This document shows, piece after piece, positions 35,122 to 47,466 of a DNA stretch of 64,000 nt. The DNA lies in NCBI RefSeq assembly GCF_009914755.1, contig NC_060939.1; one strand, written 5' to 3'. Under the pieces are notes generated by a model, which saw only the letters and a program-made list of their open reading frames with translations, was not told the DNA's origin and ran no database searches. A program made the position numbers and the translations under genes. This DNA comes from the human T2T-CHM13v2.0 reference genome, Homo sapiens. Position 1 is the stretch's first letter, and the number at the start of each line of letters is the position of its first letter.

Positions 35122-35654
35122 TGGCAGTGGCCCACACTTGTGGTGCTAACATGACTGCTAGCGTCCGCATCTGTGGGTGAGGGACATAGGAGTCATGATG
35201 AGCTGCACAAACCCTCCAGAGGATTCTGAATTGAAGCAGGACTTCTGCCTCCTGGCCCACCTTAGCCTTTAATTTCCGGGGGCCAATCTAGCTTCAGGTC
35301 ACCTTCCTCAGCTGTCAGGACTGAGGTGCCAGAGGGTAAGGGGTCTGCAAGGATAACCACCGCTGCCTAAACCCGTCAAATGCCAGACACCTCCATACAC
35401 TGTCCCTGTTCCCCTGTGACATGGGGCTGCTATTCTCAGAAAGCTGCAGAGGCAGGACTTGAACTAGAGTCCATGAGACTCTCAAGCTGGAGTGCAGGTC
35501 TCAGCCGTGTTTCCCAAGTCCTGCTGTCACCTCTGTGCTAGCATGCGCACACCGCAGCCACCTGAGGAGAGTGTTTAAAATGCTTGTTCCCAGAGGCCTT
35601 GACCTGACTCAGGAGGTCTAGAGGTGGCCCAAGATCTGTGTTTTTTGTTTCTTC

Positions 35655-35955
35655 TGGATTATTTTTTTTTTTAAGACAGAGTCATGCTCTGTCACCCAGG
35701 GTGGAGTACAGTGGCACCATCACGACTCACTGCAGTCTCTACTTCCTGGATCAATGGACCCTCCCACATCAGCCTCCCCAAGTAGCTGGGACCAGAGGTG
35801 TGCACCACCATGCCTGGCTAATTTTTTTTCTTTTTTTTGTAGAGACAGGTTTCACTGTGCTGCCCAGGCTGGTCTTGAACTCCTGTGTTCAAGTGATCCT
35901 CCCATTTCAGCCTCCCAAAATGCTGGGATTACAGGCATGAGCCACGGTGCCCAGT
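35655..35955 (-). mobile_element. Alu (AluJ-like)
   Basis: Antisense dimer next to a MER5-like fragment (~35505-35640). Confidence 0.88.
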
Positions 35956-37280
35956 CCAAGACCTGTTTTTGCAGCACTTTCGGGACTGTGCTCCCCGCCA
36001 GGCCTGGAGCCCCGGAGGCACACCCTCCCTCTCCTCCAAGCCATCTGTCAGTGCTCCCTCTTCCTCTCCAAAGCTTGCTCCTCTGCCCTTCCTGCAAAGC
36101 TCCCAATTGAACCCCAAGCCCCATCACTATATTTGCAGGGTGCACTGCTGGTCATTCCCACTGGGCCTGAGCAGAGACTGCAAGTAAGAAAATTCCAGAA
36201 CCTCAAAGGTCACCCCGCACAAAGCCCCATTGTACAGATGATACAGATGAGGCCCAGACAGGGATAGGGCTAGCTGAAGGCCACACAGCAGAGGGTGGAG
36301 CTGAGACCCTCTCCCTGTCATGCAATGGCTAAGGACAAGGGCCCCTCTCTGCCACAGAGAAAGCATTTCCTTGGGCAGCTGGGAGGCAGCTTTTCTGGGA
36401 AAGGCCAGATGGTGGCGGGGGGATGCTGAGGCTGTGCTCCAGGGGTTTTCAGGGATTTGCTTGGAGAGGCAAAGGTTACTTGGGAGCGGACCTTCAAAAC
36501 CTCCATGGGCAGGAAGAAAATAGCTGTCTTTGTCATAGGCCTTGGTGACTTCGTGTTGGGAAATTGTCCACCCTGTGCCAGCCCCTGTCCATTCTGCAGA
36601 TAAAACAACCCTACCAGGTTGGAGGGTTCCTCACCCACTGCCCAGCCCCATTCTGTGTGTCTCCTGCCTCCCCTCTCCTGATATGTCTGTTCCTGCCTTC
36701 ACCCTCTCCTTCACCATAGCTGGGTGGCCAAGTCCCCTCTACTGTGTCAAGAACAGGTCCTGATCCCCTGGTTCAGCCAGCCACAGGCTCTCTGCAGCCA
36801 TGGAAAAACATGAACGTTGGCTGGATTGAGGGTTTCCTGTTATTTCATGAAAATCTCCTGCCTCTCGGAGGCCTGGTGGGGCCCAGCCCCCTGGCCCAGG
36901 AGGCTGCCTTGCCCCTCCATAATTAACAGGAGCTCTCCTTTCCCCTGCAAGGTCTGTTGCTTCCTGACAAAGGCCTAACATGCACTTGACTTTCCCCCCA
37001 GATGACTTGTACAGCACCCGTGCCACTGGCCGCTGGCTGTTCCTACAACACTGGCGGGGTTAGGACCTTTCCCACTGAGTCTGGGAGGACAGCAGACCCA
37101 GGTCCTGTTGTCAGAAAAGGAGTCAGGCAGAACAGCCTAGCACTCCATAGTAAGAGCAGGGGGAGGAGGAGGAGGAATTCCCCAATTTCTGTGTCAGTGT
37201 GAGCCCTTTCTCCCCTCCCTCACACTGAGCCCCCAGAAGGGTGCCCCAGGCCTGTCGGGCAATAACAGAGAAAAGACAGC

Positions 37281-37578
37281 AGGCGGTGGTTCACACCTGT
37301 AATCCCAACACTTTGGGAGGCCGACTTGGGCAGATCACCTGAGGTCAGGAGTTCAAGACCAGCCTGGCCAACATGGTGAAACCCCATCTCTACTAAAAAT
37401 ACAAAAATTAGCCAGGTGAGGTGGTGGGTGCCTGTTATCCCAGCTACTCAGTGGACTGAGGCAGGAGAATCATTTGAACCCAGGAGACAGAGGTTGCAGT
37501 GAGCTGAGATTGTGCCACTGTACTCCAGCCTGGGCAAAAGAGCGAGACTCCACTTCAAAAAAGAAAAAAGAAAACAAA
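37281..37578 (+). mobile_element. Alu (AluSx/Sq-like)
   Basis: Full dimer. Confidence 0.9.
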
Positions 37579-39814
37579 AGAAGGCAGCTGAGCGTGTCCA
37601 GGGATCAGCAGGTGGCATAGCCAGCACCAGGCTCAGAAGAGCTGCCCACACCATGTCCCCTGGGAGCCCCAAACTCAGGCACCACACACCCAAACTCCAG
37701 CCTTCATTGCCGGTCCTCCAGTGCTCAGATAGGGAAGAACTAGAGTAGAAAATGTAGCCCCAGGTTACTGGACAGATAGTGGATCTGGCTAGAGGCCAGG
37801 GGACCGCTGTACTCAGGGTGTGTTCCCCTCCCTGCCCCTCCAGCAGCCCAACTTGGCTTGACAGTAGGACCCAGTCCCTGACCTGGCCCTCCGAGCTGGT
37901 CAGGCAGAGTGAGGGCCTTCCCAGAAATATCACCTGCTTCTCACTCGTGGATGAGTTCAGTAGATATTTATTGAGACTCTACTATGGGCCTGGCACCGTG
38001 CTGGGTGTTGGGATACAGTAGTGACTAAAACAGACAGAATGTGGTGGAAGTGACATCCAAGGGAATCATCCCATCTTATTCATCTCTAGGTGGCCAGCTC
38101 CAGGCCCAGGGAGGGTTCTTGTCTGTGTTTGGTGAGCTGGGTGGAGATTCAACATATAACCCCAGACTGGCAGAGCTGGAAGGGCCCTGATGGTTCAGGT
38201 CCACTGTGCAGACACTTTCTGAGCACATGCACCGGGGCAGCTGGCCATGCTAGGCCTGTACAAAGATGGGTTAGACACATACCCCACCCATGGAAAGCTC
38301 ACCCTTGGTGAGGGTGACAGCCATGACAGCCATTAAGCACAGTACAAAGGAGGGTCTGGTCCGAGGGGCTGTGCAGAGCACAGAGGCAGAGGGAGGAAGC
38401 TAACCTGCATTTTGCAGATGATAATAATAACTACCATTTATCGAGTGCTTCTGTGGTGCCAGGCCCCGTGCCCAGTGAGTTTGTATTTATTGGCTCATGT
38501 GGAAACTGAAGCCCTGGGAGGAAGGAACTTGCTCAGTCAGTCATTAGCGTGAGCTGAGCCAAAGTAGACCCTGACTTCTAGGGGTTCGGAGTGCAATATG
38601 TTCCTTCTCCCACTACCCCAGCCCCTGAGGATCAACCAACCTCCACAGATGCAGCAGAGAGAAAGCTTGGGATGGGGAGGGACTGGTCATCTCAGCATGG
38701 GGCTGTTCACTTACAATGTAAAGGACATTTTCAAGGCCATAGATTCCCAGGGTCATTACCTTGGAGGTGGTGCATCTCCTTCTCTGGCCCCTTACATATC
38801 CCTGATGGAGCAAGGCTGAAGTTCTGAGCCAGAGGTCCCCTGCCCTGCCCACAGATTCCATGACTTCCATGGGGACAGTGATGGCCCAGGGCTGAGTCTC
38901 TATGGTGTCTGGGCAGGGAAGATGGTGGGCACTGGGCCCCCGCAGAGTGTGCACGCTCTTGGTGGATGGCGGTTCTCTCGGTGGCTATCCCTAAGAGGCA
39001 AGGCAGAGTGGCCCAGCCTGGGAGCATGTGGATGGTGCCATGTGACTCACTCCCACTTCAATGACAACAGTATCTTTGCAGCTGGCAGCATGTGGCTGGG
39101 GGAGTCATTTGATCCTGAATATAGACTGGCATTGTGTTTGAGACCAGAGGGTGTAAGAAGCATGTCTGTACCACTGAGGTTTCATTCATGTCTCACACTC
39201 TGCTGGAAACCCTCCATGATTATCTCATTTAAGATGAAAGTGTGGATAATCTCTTGGGAGGGCAACAAACACCCGTGAAATAAAGCAAACAACGCAAGAC
39301 AATGCTAAATGGAGAAGCAGGACAGTGTCATGGTTAGGCCCAGAGCACAACAGAAGGCTCTGCACCATGCAAATGGTACCCCCTTGAGTTGTGCAGTGTA
39401 CAGTCCATGCAACTGTACAGGGGATCCTGATTAGGTCCACCGTCTATGGCATCATTAATTCAACACAATTTGGTGAGAGCTTACCATTTGTGTCCAGCAC
39501 GATTCCAGACACTGGGGTTATAGCAGAGGACAAGACAGAGCACCACCCTGCATGGAGCTTACATTCTAATTTGAAGGTCAGAAAGACTAAGGGTTGCATC
39601 CTGGCTTTGCCGCTGTGTTAGTTAATCTCACTAAGCTTCAGTTTCCTCATCTGCAAAATGGACACAATGACCTGTACTTCGTAAGGTTATTGTGCTAAAA
39701 AATTGAAATAACACTTGGCTTCAGGTCTGACCCATGGGAAGCCCTCAGTAAATGACAGCCAGCATGATCACAAATGCTGTGGGAAGAAGGGCTTAGAAAA
39801 GCTTAGGGAAAAGG

Positions 39815-40108
39815 GGCCGGGCGCGGTGGCTCACGCCTGTAATACCAGCACTTTGGGAGGCTGAGGTAGGCAGATCGCCTGAGGTCAAGAGTTCTAGACC
39901 AGCCTGGCCAACATGGTGAAACCCTGTCTCTACAAAAATACAAAAATTAGCCGGGCATGATGGCAGGTGCCTGTAATCCCAGCTACTCGCGAAACTGAGG
40001 CAGGAGAATCTTTGAACCCAGAAGGAGGAGGTTGCAGTGAGCTGAGATCGTGCCATTGCACTCTAGCCTGGGCGAGAGAGCAAGATCTCCCTCCATCTCA
40101 AAAAAAAA
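39815..40108 (+). mobile_element. Alu (AluSx-like)
   Basis: Full dimer; TSD-like gaaaagcttagggaaaagg / gaaaagctgagggaaaagg. Confidence 0.92.
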
Positions 40109-40724
40109 TTTTTTTTGGAAAGAAAAGCTGAGGGAAAAGGAAGACCACAAGATGTGAAGTGCACTAAATCGTCTCAGTGGGAGCAGGAGTTGGGGCGTCT
40201 CTTGAGGGGTGCAGAAGCCCAGAGGAGCAGGCCTTTCTAAAGACCGTGTCACAAGGAATGCAGGGAGGGGGCCAGTGAGGAGCCCCTGATTTGGGGGCCA
40301 TATTTTCCCAAACCAAGGGTTAGGACACCCATGATCTGGCAGAGAAGTTCTGTGTTTCTTCCAGAGAAGAAGTCTGGGAAAAGGTGGTCATCCAAATATT
40401 GGGATTGGGGGAGATAATCACCATTTTCATAGGACCTGAGACATCACATTTAAAATTGGGTCTGTCACACTTGAGAAGTGTGACCCCTGTAGGGTTGAGC
40501 AAACCAAAGAATAAGGTTAGAGGGCAGTTGGGGGTGGGAACAGGGTGTGCGTGCCCCTCGAGGGCCAGGCAGGTAAGTCAGATCTGATAAGACAGAGAAA
40601 GGGGAGCTGACTAAGTCAGGATTCCTGCTGCACACTGGCTGAGTGGCCCAAATCTCTGTCTCTAGGTCTCAGTTTCTGTCTCTGAAAAGCGGAGACATTG
40701 TTGAGGAGCAGAGATAACACAGAT

Positions 40725-41060
40725 GTAGTTATCTGTTGCTAGCAACAGAAATCACCCCCAACCCCAGTCCTCTTATGCAGAAAGGGTTTAGGGGCTTCAT
40801 AGATTTAAAGGGCTAGAGCTGGGACAGTGGAGAGCCAGACTTGGAACCAGATCAGCACCAAGACAGCTCCGGAGGGCCCAGTCCCAGCCCACCCTGGGTA
40901 GGAGTCTGATTGGCCAAACCCAGTCCCATGCCCCGTCCCTGGATAGCAGAGGACCCTGGGTAGGAGGAGCCCCTGCTTCAGCTTTCATGGTAGGGCACTG
41001 CATCCCACCAGGACAGCCCACAGAGGGAGAGTCCTCCAAATCAGGAAGGGGGCTTGGATG
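40725..41060. mobile_element. MaLR LTR (MLT1K/L-like), degenerate
   Basis: gttgctagcaacagaaa...tctgattggccaaacccagtcccatgccc. Confidence 0.45.
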
Positions 41061-44000
41061 CCCAACTGCCAAAAAATCCTGCAGATAGTTATGTATGCCA
41101 TGGAAGATTCTGGAAGAGTTGCACAAGGAAAGTAATAATTATAGAAAGCCAATCTTGCTCTGGAGTTCGAGAAGAGACCAGCACCGTGGAGACCAATTAG
41201 AAGACTGGAGTGCCTCAGGAAGGCTATGGGCAGGGTGCACCTGGAGAGGAAGGAGCAGATGTAAAGGCGTTTGTGGGGATTAACCCATCAGAGGCCTCTG
41301 GGAATCCTCTCTGACTACAGAGAGGTACAGGGAGTCTCAGAGGCTTAGCAAGGGGCTCAGGATGTTTACAGCTGTCAGGGCTCTAAGAGATCACATGGCC
41401 GCAGATTGACATTCTCTGATCGACTGGTAGGGACTCCCTAGATGCTGTGCTGAGGACTGCTGGGCTCAGGCAGGACTCAGTGAGCGATTGGTAATGCCTG
41501 TTATAGATAGAGAAACCCCAGGAGGGGCAAGGATACCATGTTTATTATCCCTGCCCCCCAAAAATGCCTCACTTTTCGGAGGGAGAGACTGAGACCTAGA
41601 GAGACAGAGATTCAGGCCACTCAGCCAGTGTGCAGCAGAGCTGAGATGAAAACCCAGGTCCCCTGAATCCCAGAGTGCTTCCCTGCTGCTGTAGCAGTGC
41701 TTTAGTAATGCTCCCCAAATCCCAGGTGGGCTGGGCAAAAATCACAACTCAAAATGAGTTTCCTTTCACACTACAGGAGAGGTGTGTGGAATTGGGGTGT
41801 TACAGGAAGGGCACCTGGTGGGAGAGTCCTCTTTTCCCTCCTTGTTCCTTGGGCCAAATGGCGAACAGAAGGAGGGGTTTTTATAATTTTGGCAGCGGCC
41901 CATGCACACAGGAGAAGTTCTGGTGGGTCCTCTATTGAGAGGGCCCCTGGTATGGCAGAAACCCAGGCCTCTGGGCCAAAAAGCGAAGGGCAGACTTAGG
42001 AACCTGCTCCTGACCTTGACGGAGCTCCACCCGCCCAGGGTCCTCCATGCCTATATCTCTCTCTAGGCCACCCCCAGTTGGGATAGATTCCTCTAGGGAG
42101 GGGTTCCTGATGTTCAGGAAGGCCTCTGGTGGGGAGCCTGAAGGACGAAGGCCTGTTTGGGGTCCAGCCATGGGAAGATACTGAAGACCCCAGAGCTGAC
42201 TCTCTTGTTGGTCCAGACCCCGCGTCCCCAGCACTCCCACCTGCTTGGAGAGCATGGCTCTGTGGCGGGGGAGGAGAAAGCCAATGCTAGTGATGACAGC
42301 CTCGAGATGGTGCAAGCACTGTCCTTTTCTTTTGATTTTCTGCCTAAACCAGAAATGTGCTTTTTCCACAATTTGCATAGATGCTGTCATGTAACTTTTT
42401 TTTGCCACTGCTCGCATTTCCAACAGTTACAGTTTTGGTGCACCACCCCTCCCCCCACTGTAGGATATTGAGACATCATGGTGGGACTGGATATTGGGAG
42501 CCTCACCTTCCCTCTGCAGTATCCCTACCCATCACATTTAAGGCCTCGAATGCTGGGAAGCAGGGATGTCACCATCTCAGGACACACCTGCCTCACCTCC
42601 CTCCCTGCAGAGCATGTTCTACCTCTCGGCAAGAGAGTGTGGCCTTGGTCAAGACCACTGTCATCATGGTGCTCACAGCCTGGTGGCAGGGATGAACCAG
42701 GAACCAAAGGTCCCTCAGTGAGGAAGGAGCATTGGAGGTGGAGGTGTATAACCATGGGCATGGCATGGGCAGTAGACTGAGGGAGAGTGTCAAGGCAGGA
42801 CTGTGCTGGGATGACAACAGCTCTGATGCCTGGATAAGGAGTTTGGCTTATAAGGTCTAGATAGTAGGGACCCATTGAAATTTTGGAGCTGGGGAGTTAT
42901 TTCATCAGAGCTGCATCCTAGGAAAATTAGGCAACAGTGTGTAAGGTGGATTGGAGAGAGAACTGAAAAGAGCAGACATTACAGGGAAGGAGATAAACCA
43001 GTGGGCCCACTTCAGAAATCCTGCCAGCTCTAGAGTGAATAAAGCCTTTGACTCAAAATAGATGTCCTAGAAGTCTGCCTGAGAGTCTAAAAACCCCAGG
43101 AGATTACACTTTTGGGCCAAGCAGCTTTCTCTAAAAGGCTCCTGTCAATATGTACATAGATGACCCGCAAGGAGAAATGGACTAACCCAATGTCCCCCAG
43201 TCCTCTTTGGAAGGCTTTTGTTTACTTGATTAATTGGCCAAAGCAAGCAGGGTCCTGAAATAGGGGACATGAGACAAGTAAGTCTTGATTGGGATGGAGG
43301 GAGAGAAAGAACACAGCCAGAGGCCAGGGCAGAAAGGACCACAGGAGAGGAGCTTGTATGGCACGTACATGTGTGTGTGTGTGTTCACTTGCACATGCAA
43401 GCATATACATGTGTATGTTGCAGACAGTCACTGGAAAATAGGGAACACCCTGCAGTGGAGCAGGCAGCACTTTGGATGAAGGACATCCATGTTTAGGAAC
43501 ATGAGACCCCCTCCCGCCCCTGCATATGCAGGGCTCTGAGCCTGCATAAACTCATTCTGGTTCTGTCACTGCCAAGTGGTGTGACCAGGGGCAAGTGTCC
43601 TTATTTAGTTTATCTGGGTAACACTAATTAAGATAATGTCTGTGCAAGTGTTGAGGGTTGTGCAAATGTGAGTTGGGGGCAAAGCCTCCTTCAGGCCCGG
43701 GAGCCTGGGACACAGGGAGCCCGATCTCTGCCCAGGACTCTGGGGGAGAAGGACTACAATACCTGTTTTATAATGACTCTCTCTCTTTTAATATCAACTT
43801 CCAGTCATAGAAGAGAGAGCCAGGAAGACTATAAGCAACCTAATCAGATGGTCTGGAATGCATGGGGCAGCACACAGTGAGGGAAAGTGATGATAGGGGT
43901 GGCCCATGAAAAAACATCTTTCATACTGAGGCTTGGGATTCCAGCAGTAAATCACCCATCTGCTGGGTTCAGCATGATCCACTGCCCTCGGTACTCCTTT

Positions 44001-44098
44001 ACATGCTCATCACCTAATGTGACTTCTGTCTTCCTATTTGCTTTACCTGTGGTTTCTACAAATAAGCCTGTATTAAATGTGCATGATAATGTTCTTAA

Positions 44099-44390
44099 TT
44101 TTGTTTCGGGAGACAGTCTTACTTTGTTGCCCAGGCTGGAGTGCAGGGGTGCAATCTCCGCTCACTTCAACCTCCTCCTCCTGGGTTCAAGCCATTCTCA
44201 TGCCTCAGCCTCCCAAGTAGCTGGGATTACAGGCACGTGTCACCACATCCAGCTAATTTTTGTATTTTTTAGTAAAGATGGGATTTTGCCATGTTGCCCA
44301 GGCTGGTCTCACACTCCTGAGGTCAGGTGATCTGCCCACCTTGGCCTCCCAAAGTGCTGGGATTACAGGCGTGAGCCACCGTGCCCAGCT
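44099..44390 (-). mobile_element. Alu (AluJ/Sx-like)
   Basis: Antisense dimer; TSD tgataatgtt. Confidence 0.9.
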
Positions 44391-44529
44391 GATAATGTTT
44401 TGAATTGCTCACCCTCCCCAACATGAGACAAGACCAACCTTCAGCTGCTGACTCTTAGAATGCACAAGTATTTCAGGTGCTCCAGGAGGCAGGAGGCCCA
44501 GGCCCCAGCAGGCTATGGAGCCTCTAGGG

Positions 44530-44766
44530 TAGTGGTTCCCAGTCTTTGCTGCTCATTGAAATCAATCCGGGAAACCCATTAAAAATACCAATGCCTGGCT
44601 CCTGCCTCTCAGATATTGGGATTAAATTGATATTTAATTGTTTGATTGATTAATTAAACACTTTATTTTATTGATAATTTAACTGATAAGTTGATATTGC
44701 TCACTGGGCATTGGGATTACTTAAACTCCCAGGTGATTCTAAAATGTAGCCAAGTTTGGCAAGCTC
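44530..44766. mobile_element. MER5A-like MITE with an AT-rich internal insert
   Basis: agtggttcccag...aaaaataccaatgcctgg...ctcccaggtgattctaa. Confidence 0.65.
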
Positions 44767-44903
44767 TAGGCGGAGGAGAGAGACAGGGTGAGAAAAAGAG
44801 TAGGAAGGGAGGGTCTCCAAGAACAAATCTAAGGGGCTTCGCAACTGAGCTGCCGCCGACCCCTTGTGGGAACCGCACTAGAAATGTTGCGCTCCTACTT
44901 CTG

Positions 44904-45216
44904 TTTTTTTTTTTTTTTCTTTTTTTTTTTTTTTTGAGACGGAGTTTTACTCCTATTGCCCAGGCTGGAGTGCAATGGTGCAACCTTGGCTCATTGCAAC
45001 CTTCACCTCCCGAGTCAAGTGATTCTCCTGCCTCAGCCTCCCGAGTAGCTGGGATTATAGGCATGTGCCACCACGCCTGGCTAATTTTGTAGTTTTGGTA
45101 GAGAGGGGGGTTCTGTCACGTTGGCCAGGCTGGTCTCGAACTCCTGACCTCAGGTGATCTGCCTGCCTCGGCCTCCCAAAGTGCTGGGATTACAGGAGTG
45201 AGCCACCACGCCCGGC
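44904..45216 (-). mobile_element. Alu (AluSq/Sp-like)
   Basis: Long T tract and antisense dimer. Confidence 0.92.
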
Positions 45217-45498
45217 TTCATACACTGATTTCTAATGACTTTCCTCCCTGATTTACTTGGTGTCTCATCTACATCCTGAAACAGAAGCCAGCATAGCAGA
45301 GATGCCTTAGAGGCAGACAGCCAAGTGCAGATGATAGCTCCTCACTTCCCAGACAAGTCACCTTGGGCAAGTCGCCTCCCAGAGCTCAGTGTCTCATCCA
45401 TAAAATGAACTGTTACCAGAGGACTATAAGGATTTAATAAAACCTTATAGGGTTGTTACAAGGATTAAATTTTTAAATGTATATAAATTGCTTAACAC

Positions 45499-45813
45499 GG
45501 CCAGGTACAGTGGCTCACGCCTGTAATCCCAGCACTTTGGGAGGTTGAGGCGGGTGGATCACCTGAGGTCAGGAGTTCAAGACCAGCCTGATCGACATGG
45601 TGAAACCCCGTCTCTACTAAAAATACAAAAATTAGCTGGGCATAGTGGCACATGCCTATAATCCCAGCTACTTGGGAGGCTGAGGCAGAAGAATCGCTTG
45701 AACCCAGGCGGCGGAGGTCACCGTGAGCCAAGATCGCACCATTGCACCCCAGCCTGCGCAACAAGAGCGAAACTCCGTCTCAAAAAAAAAAAAAGAAAAT
45801 AAAAAAATGAAAA
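45499..45813 (+). mobile_element. Alu (AluSq/Sp-like) inserted in a MIR
   Basis: 14-bp TSD aaattgcttaacac. Confidence 0.92.
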
Positions 45814-46524
45814 AATTGCTTAACACAAGGCCTAGCACTTTGCACTCACTCATCAAATAGTCTTTGGTTATCACTATTGTCTTCTTCACAGTTGTTCTGG
45901 CATTGCCATCTCACATCTTTCTCATGTGGACTCAATATGGATTCCTGTGTTCTGTGCTGGTACACTGGAAGCATGGCACTCTGTGGTTGCAGGTGTGTCT
46001 TGCTTCATAAAGTAAAAAGGGGAGCCATGAAAAAGCAGCAAGGGTATCAGACCAGGGTCTGGGAATCTGGGAAGCCCAGAGAGGCCAGGGGTTATGTTCA
46101 AGGTCACTGGGCCAGTGAGTGCCGGAACCGGGTGTGGAAATCCTACCTCCTGCTCAGTCTGTTCTTTCTGCCTCGCTAAGCTGATTCTCTAGGTAAGAAA
46201 ACATTTTGCTTCCATGTACAAAATTCAGCTCTGCAGTGATGGGAGAATCTAGGAAGCTGAAGCTGCAATGCAGGTTGGTTTGAAACTGTCTCATCCCCAG
46301 TCAGTTCACTGGGTTCAGATAAATCCTGGACAGGGGTTGAGAGTACCCACTGCTCCCCTGGACAGCCTGCTGGGTGAGCCACACCCGTGGACTCACCATG
46401 CCGCCAGCCTTTCCAAGGGAGGGCCCGGCCATGGCTGCCTGAGTGCATGCCACACACACACACTGAAATGCACTTTCAATTAACTATATAATTTTATTTA
46501 ATTTCAAAGATGTATTTTCCCTGG

Positions 46525-46886
46525 TCTTATTCTGTTTTATGTTGCTGGGCACATTTACAATAAACAGAAATTTATTTGGTTTACGGTTCTGGAAGCTGGG
46601 AAGTCAAAGAGCACGATGCAGGCATCTGGCAACGGCCTTCCTGCTGTGACATCCCATGGCAGAAGGTGGAGGGCAAGAGAGATAGAGCAAGAGAAGACCA
46701 AACTCACTTTTATAACAAACCCACTCACAAGACAACTAACCCACTCCCAAGATAAAGACATTAATCCATGCATGAGGGCACAGCCCTCATGACCTAATCA
46801 CCTCTTATAACCACTTCCCAACACTGTAGCATTGGAGACTAAGTTTCCAACACATGAACTCTGGGGAACATGTTCAAGCCATAGCA
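46525..46886 (-). mobile_element. MaLR solo LTR (MSTC/MSTD-like)
   Basis: cagaaatttattt...ggttctggaagctgggaagtc...ccctcatgacctaatcacctc...catgttcaagccatagca. Confidence 0.8.
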
Positions 46887-47227
46887 CCCTCCAGACCATC
46901 CATTGGTAACAAGGGTGTAGAGAAACCTGTATGAACAAATACATTGATGTTGCACAAAAGCTTTTGAAACTTGCAAATCTGGTAGGCACCAGTCTGCATA
47001 TTATTTCTTCAAGAACTGTTTGCTTGAAACCAGAGAGGAATATTTTTCAATCAAGGCTATGGGAGGTGTGTTTTTTGTAATAATATCTGTTTTTTTAATA
47101 ACAATTTTATATGTTTGTTAGAATTGGAAGCTGCTAGTAATATCCAACTATTCAGATGTTGTCACTATTAGCATTCTGATGTATTTTCTTGTAGATTGGT
47201 TTTTTTAGATACGGATCCTTTTATATG

Positions 47228-47466
47228 CAGGTTGAGCATTCTAAATCCAAAAACCCAAAATCCAAAATGCTCCAAAATCTGAAACTTGTTGATCACCAAC
47301 ATGATGCTCAAAGTGAATGCTCTTTGAAGCACTTTAGATTTTGGATTTTCAGATCTGGGATGCTCAACCAGTAAGTAAAATGCAAATATTTCAAAATCTG
47401 AAAAAAAAATCAAAATCTGAAATACTTCTGGTCCCAAGCACTTTGGATATGGAATACTCAAACTGT
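47228..47466. mobile_element. Tigger4a (MER46A/Zombi) MITE inside an old antisense L1
   Basis: Terminal caggttgagcat...atactcaaactg-ta, with internal repeat gggatgctcaacc. Confidence 0.85.

Noticed and set aside
38070-38137. 42-nt in-frame pseudoexon (ctctag|GTGGCC...TTG|gtgagc)
   Set aside because: Moderate splice sites of this kind are expected by chance in 50 kb; nothing else supports it.
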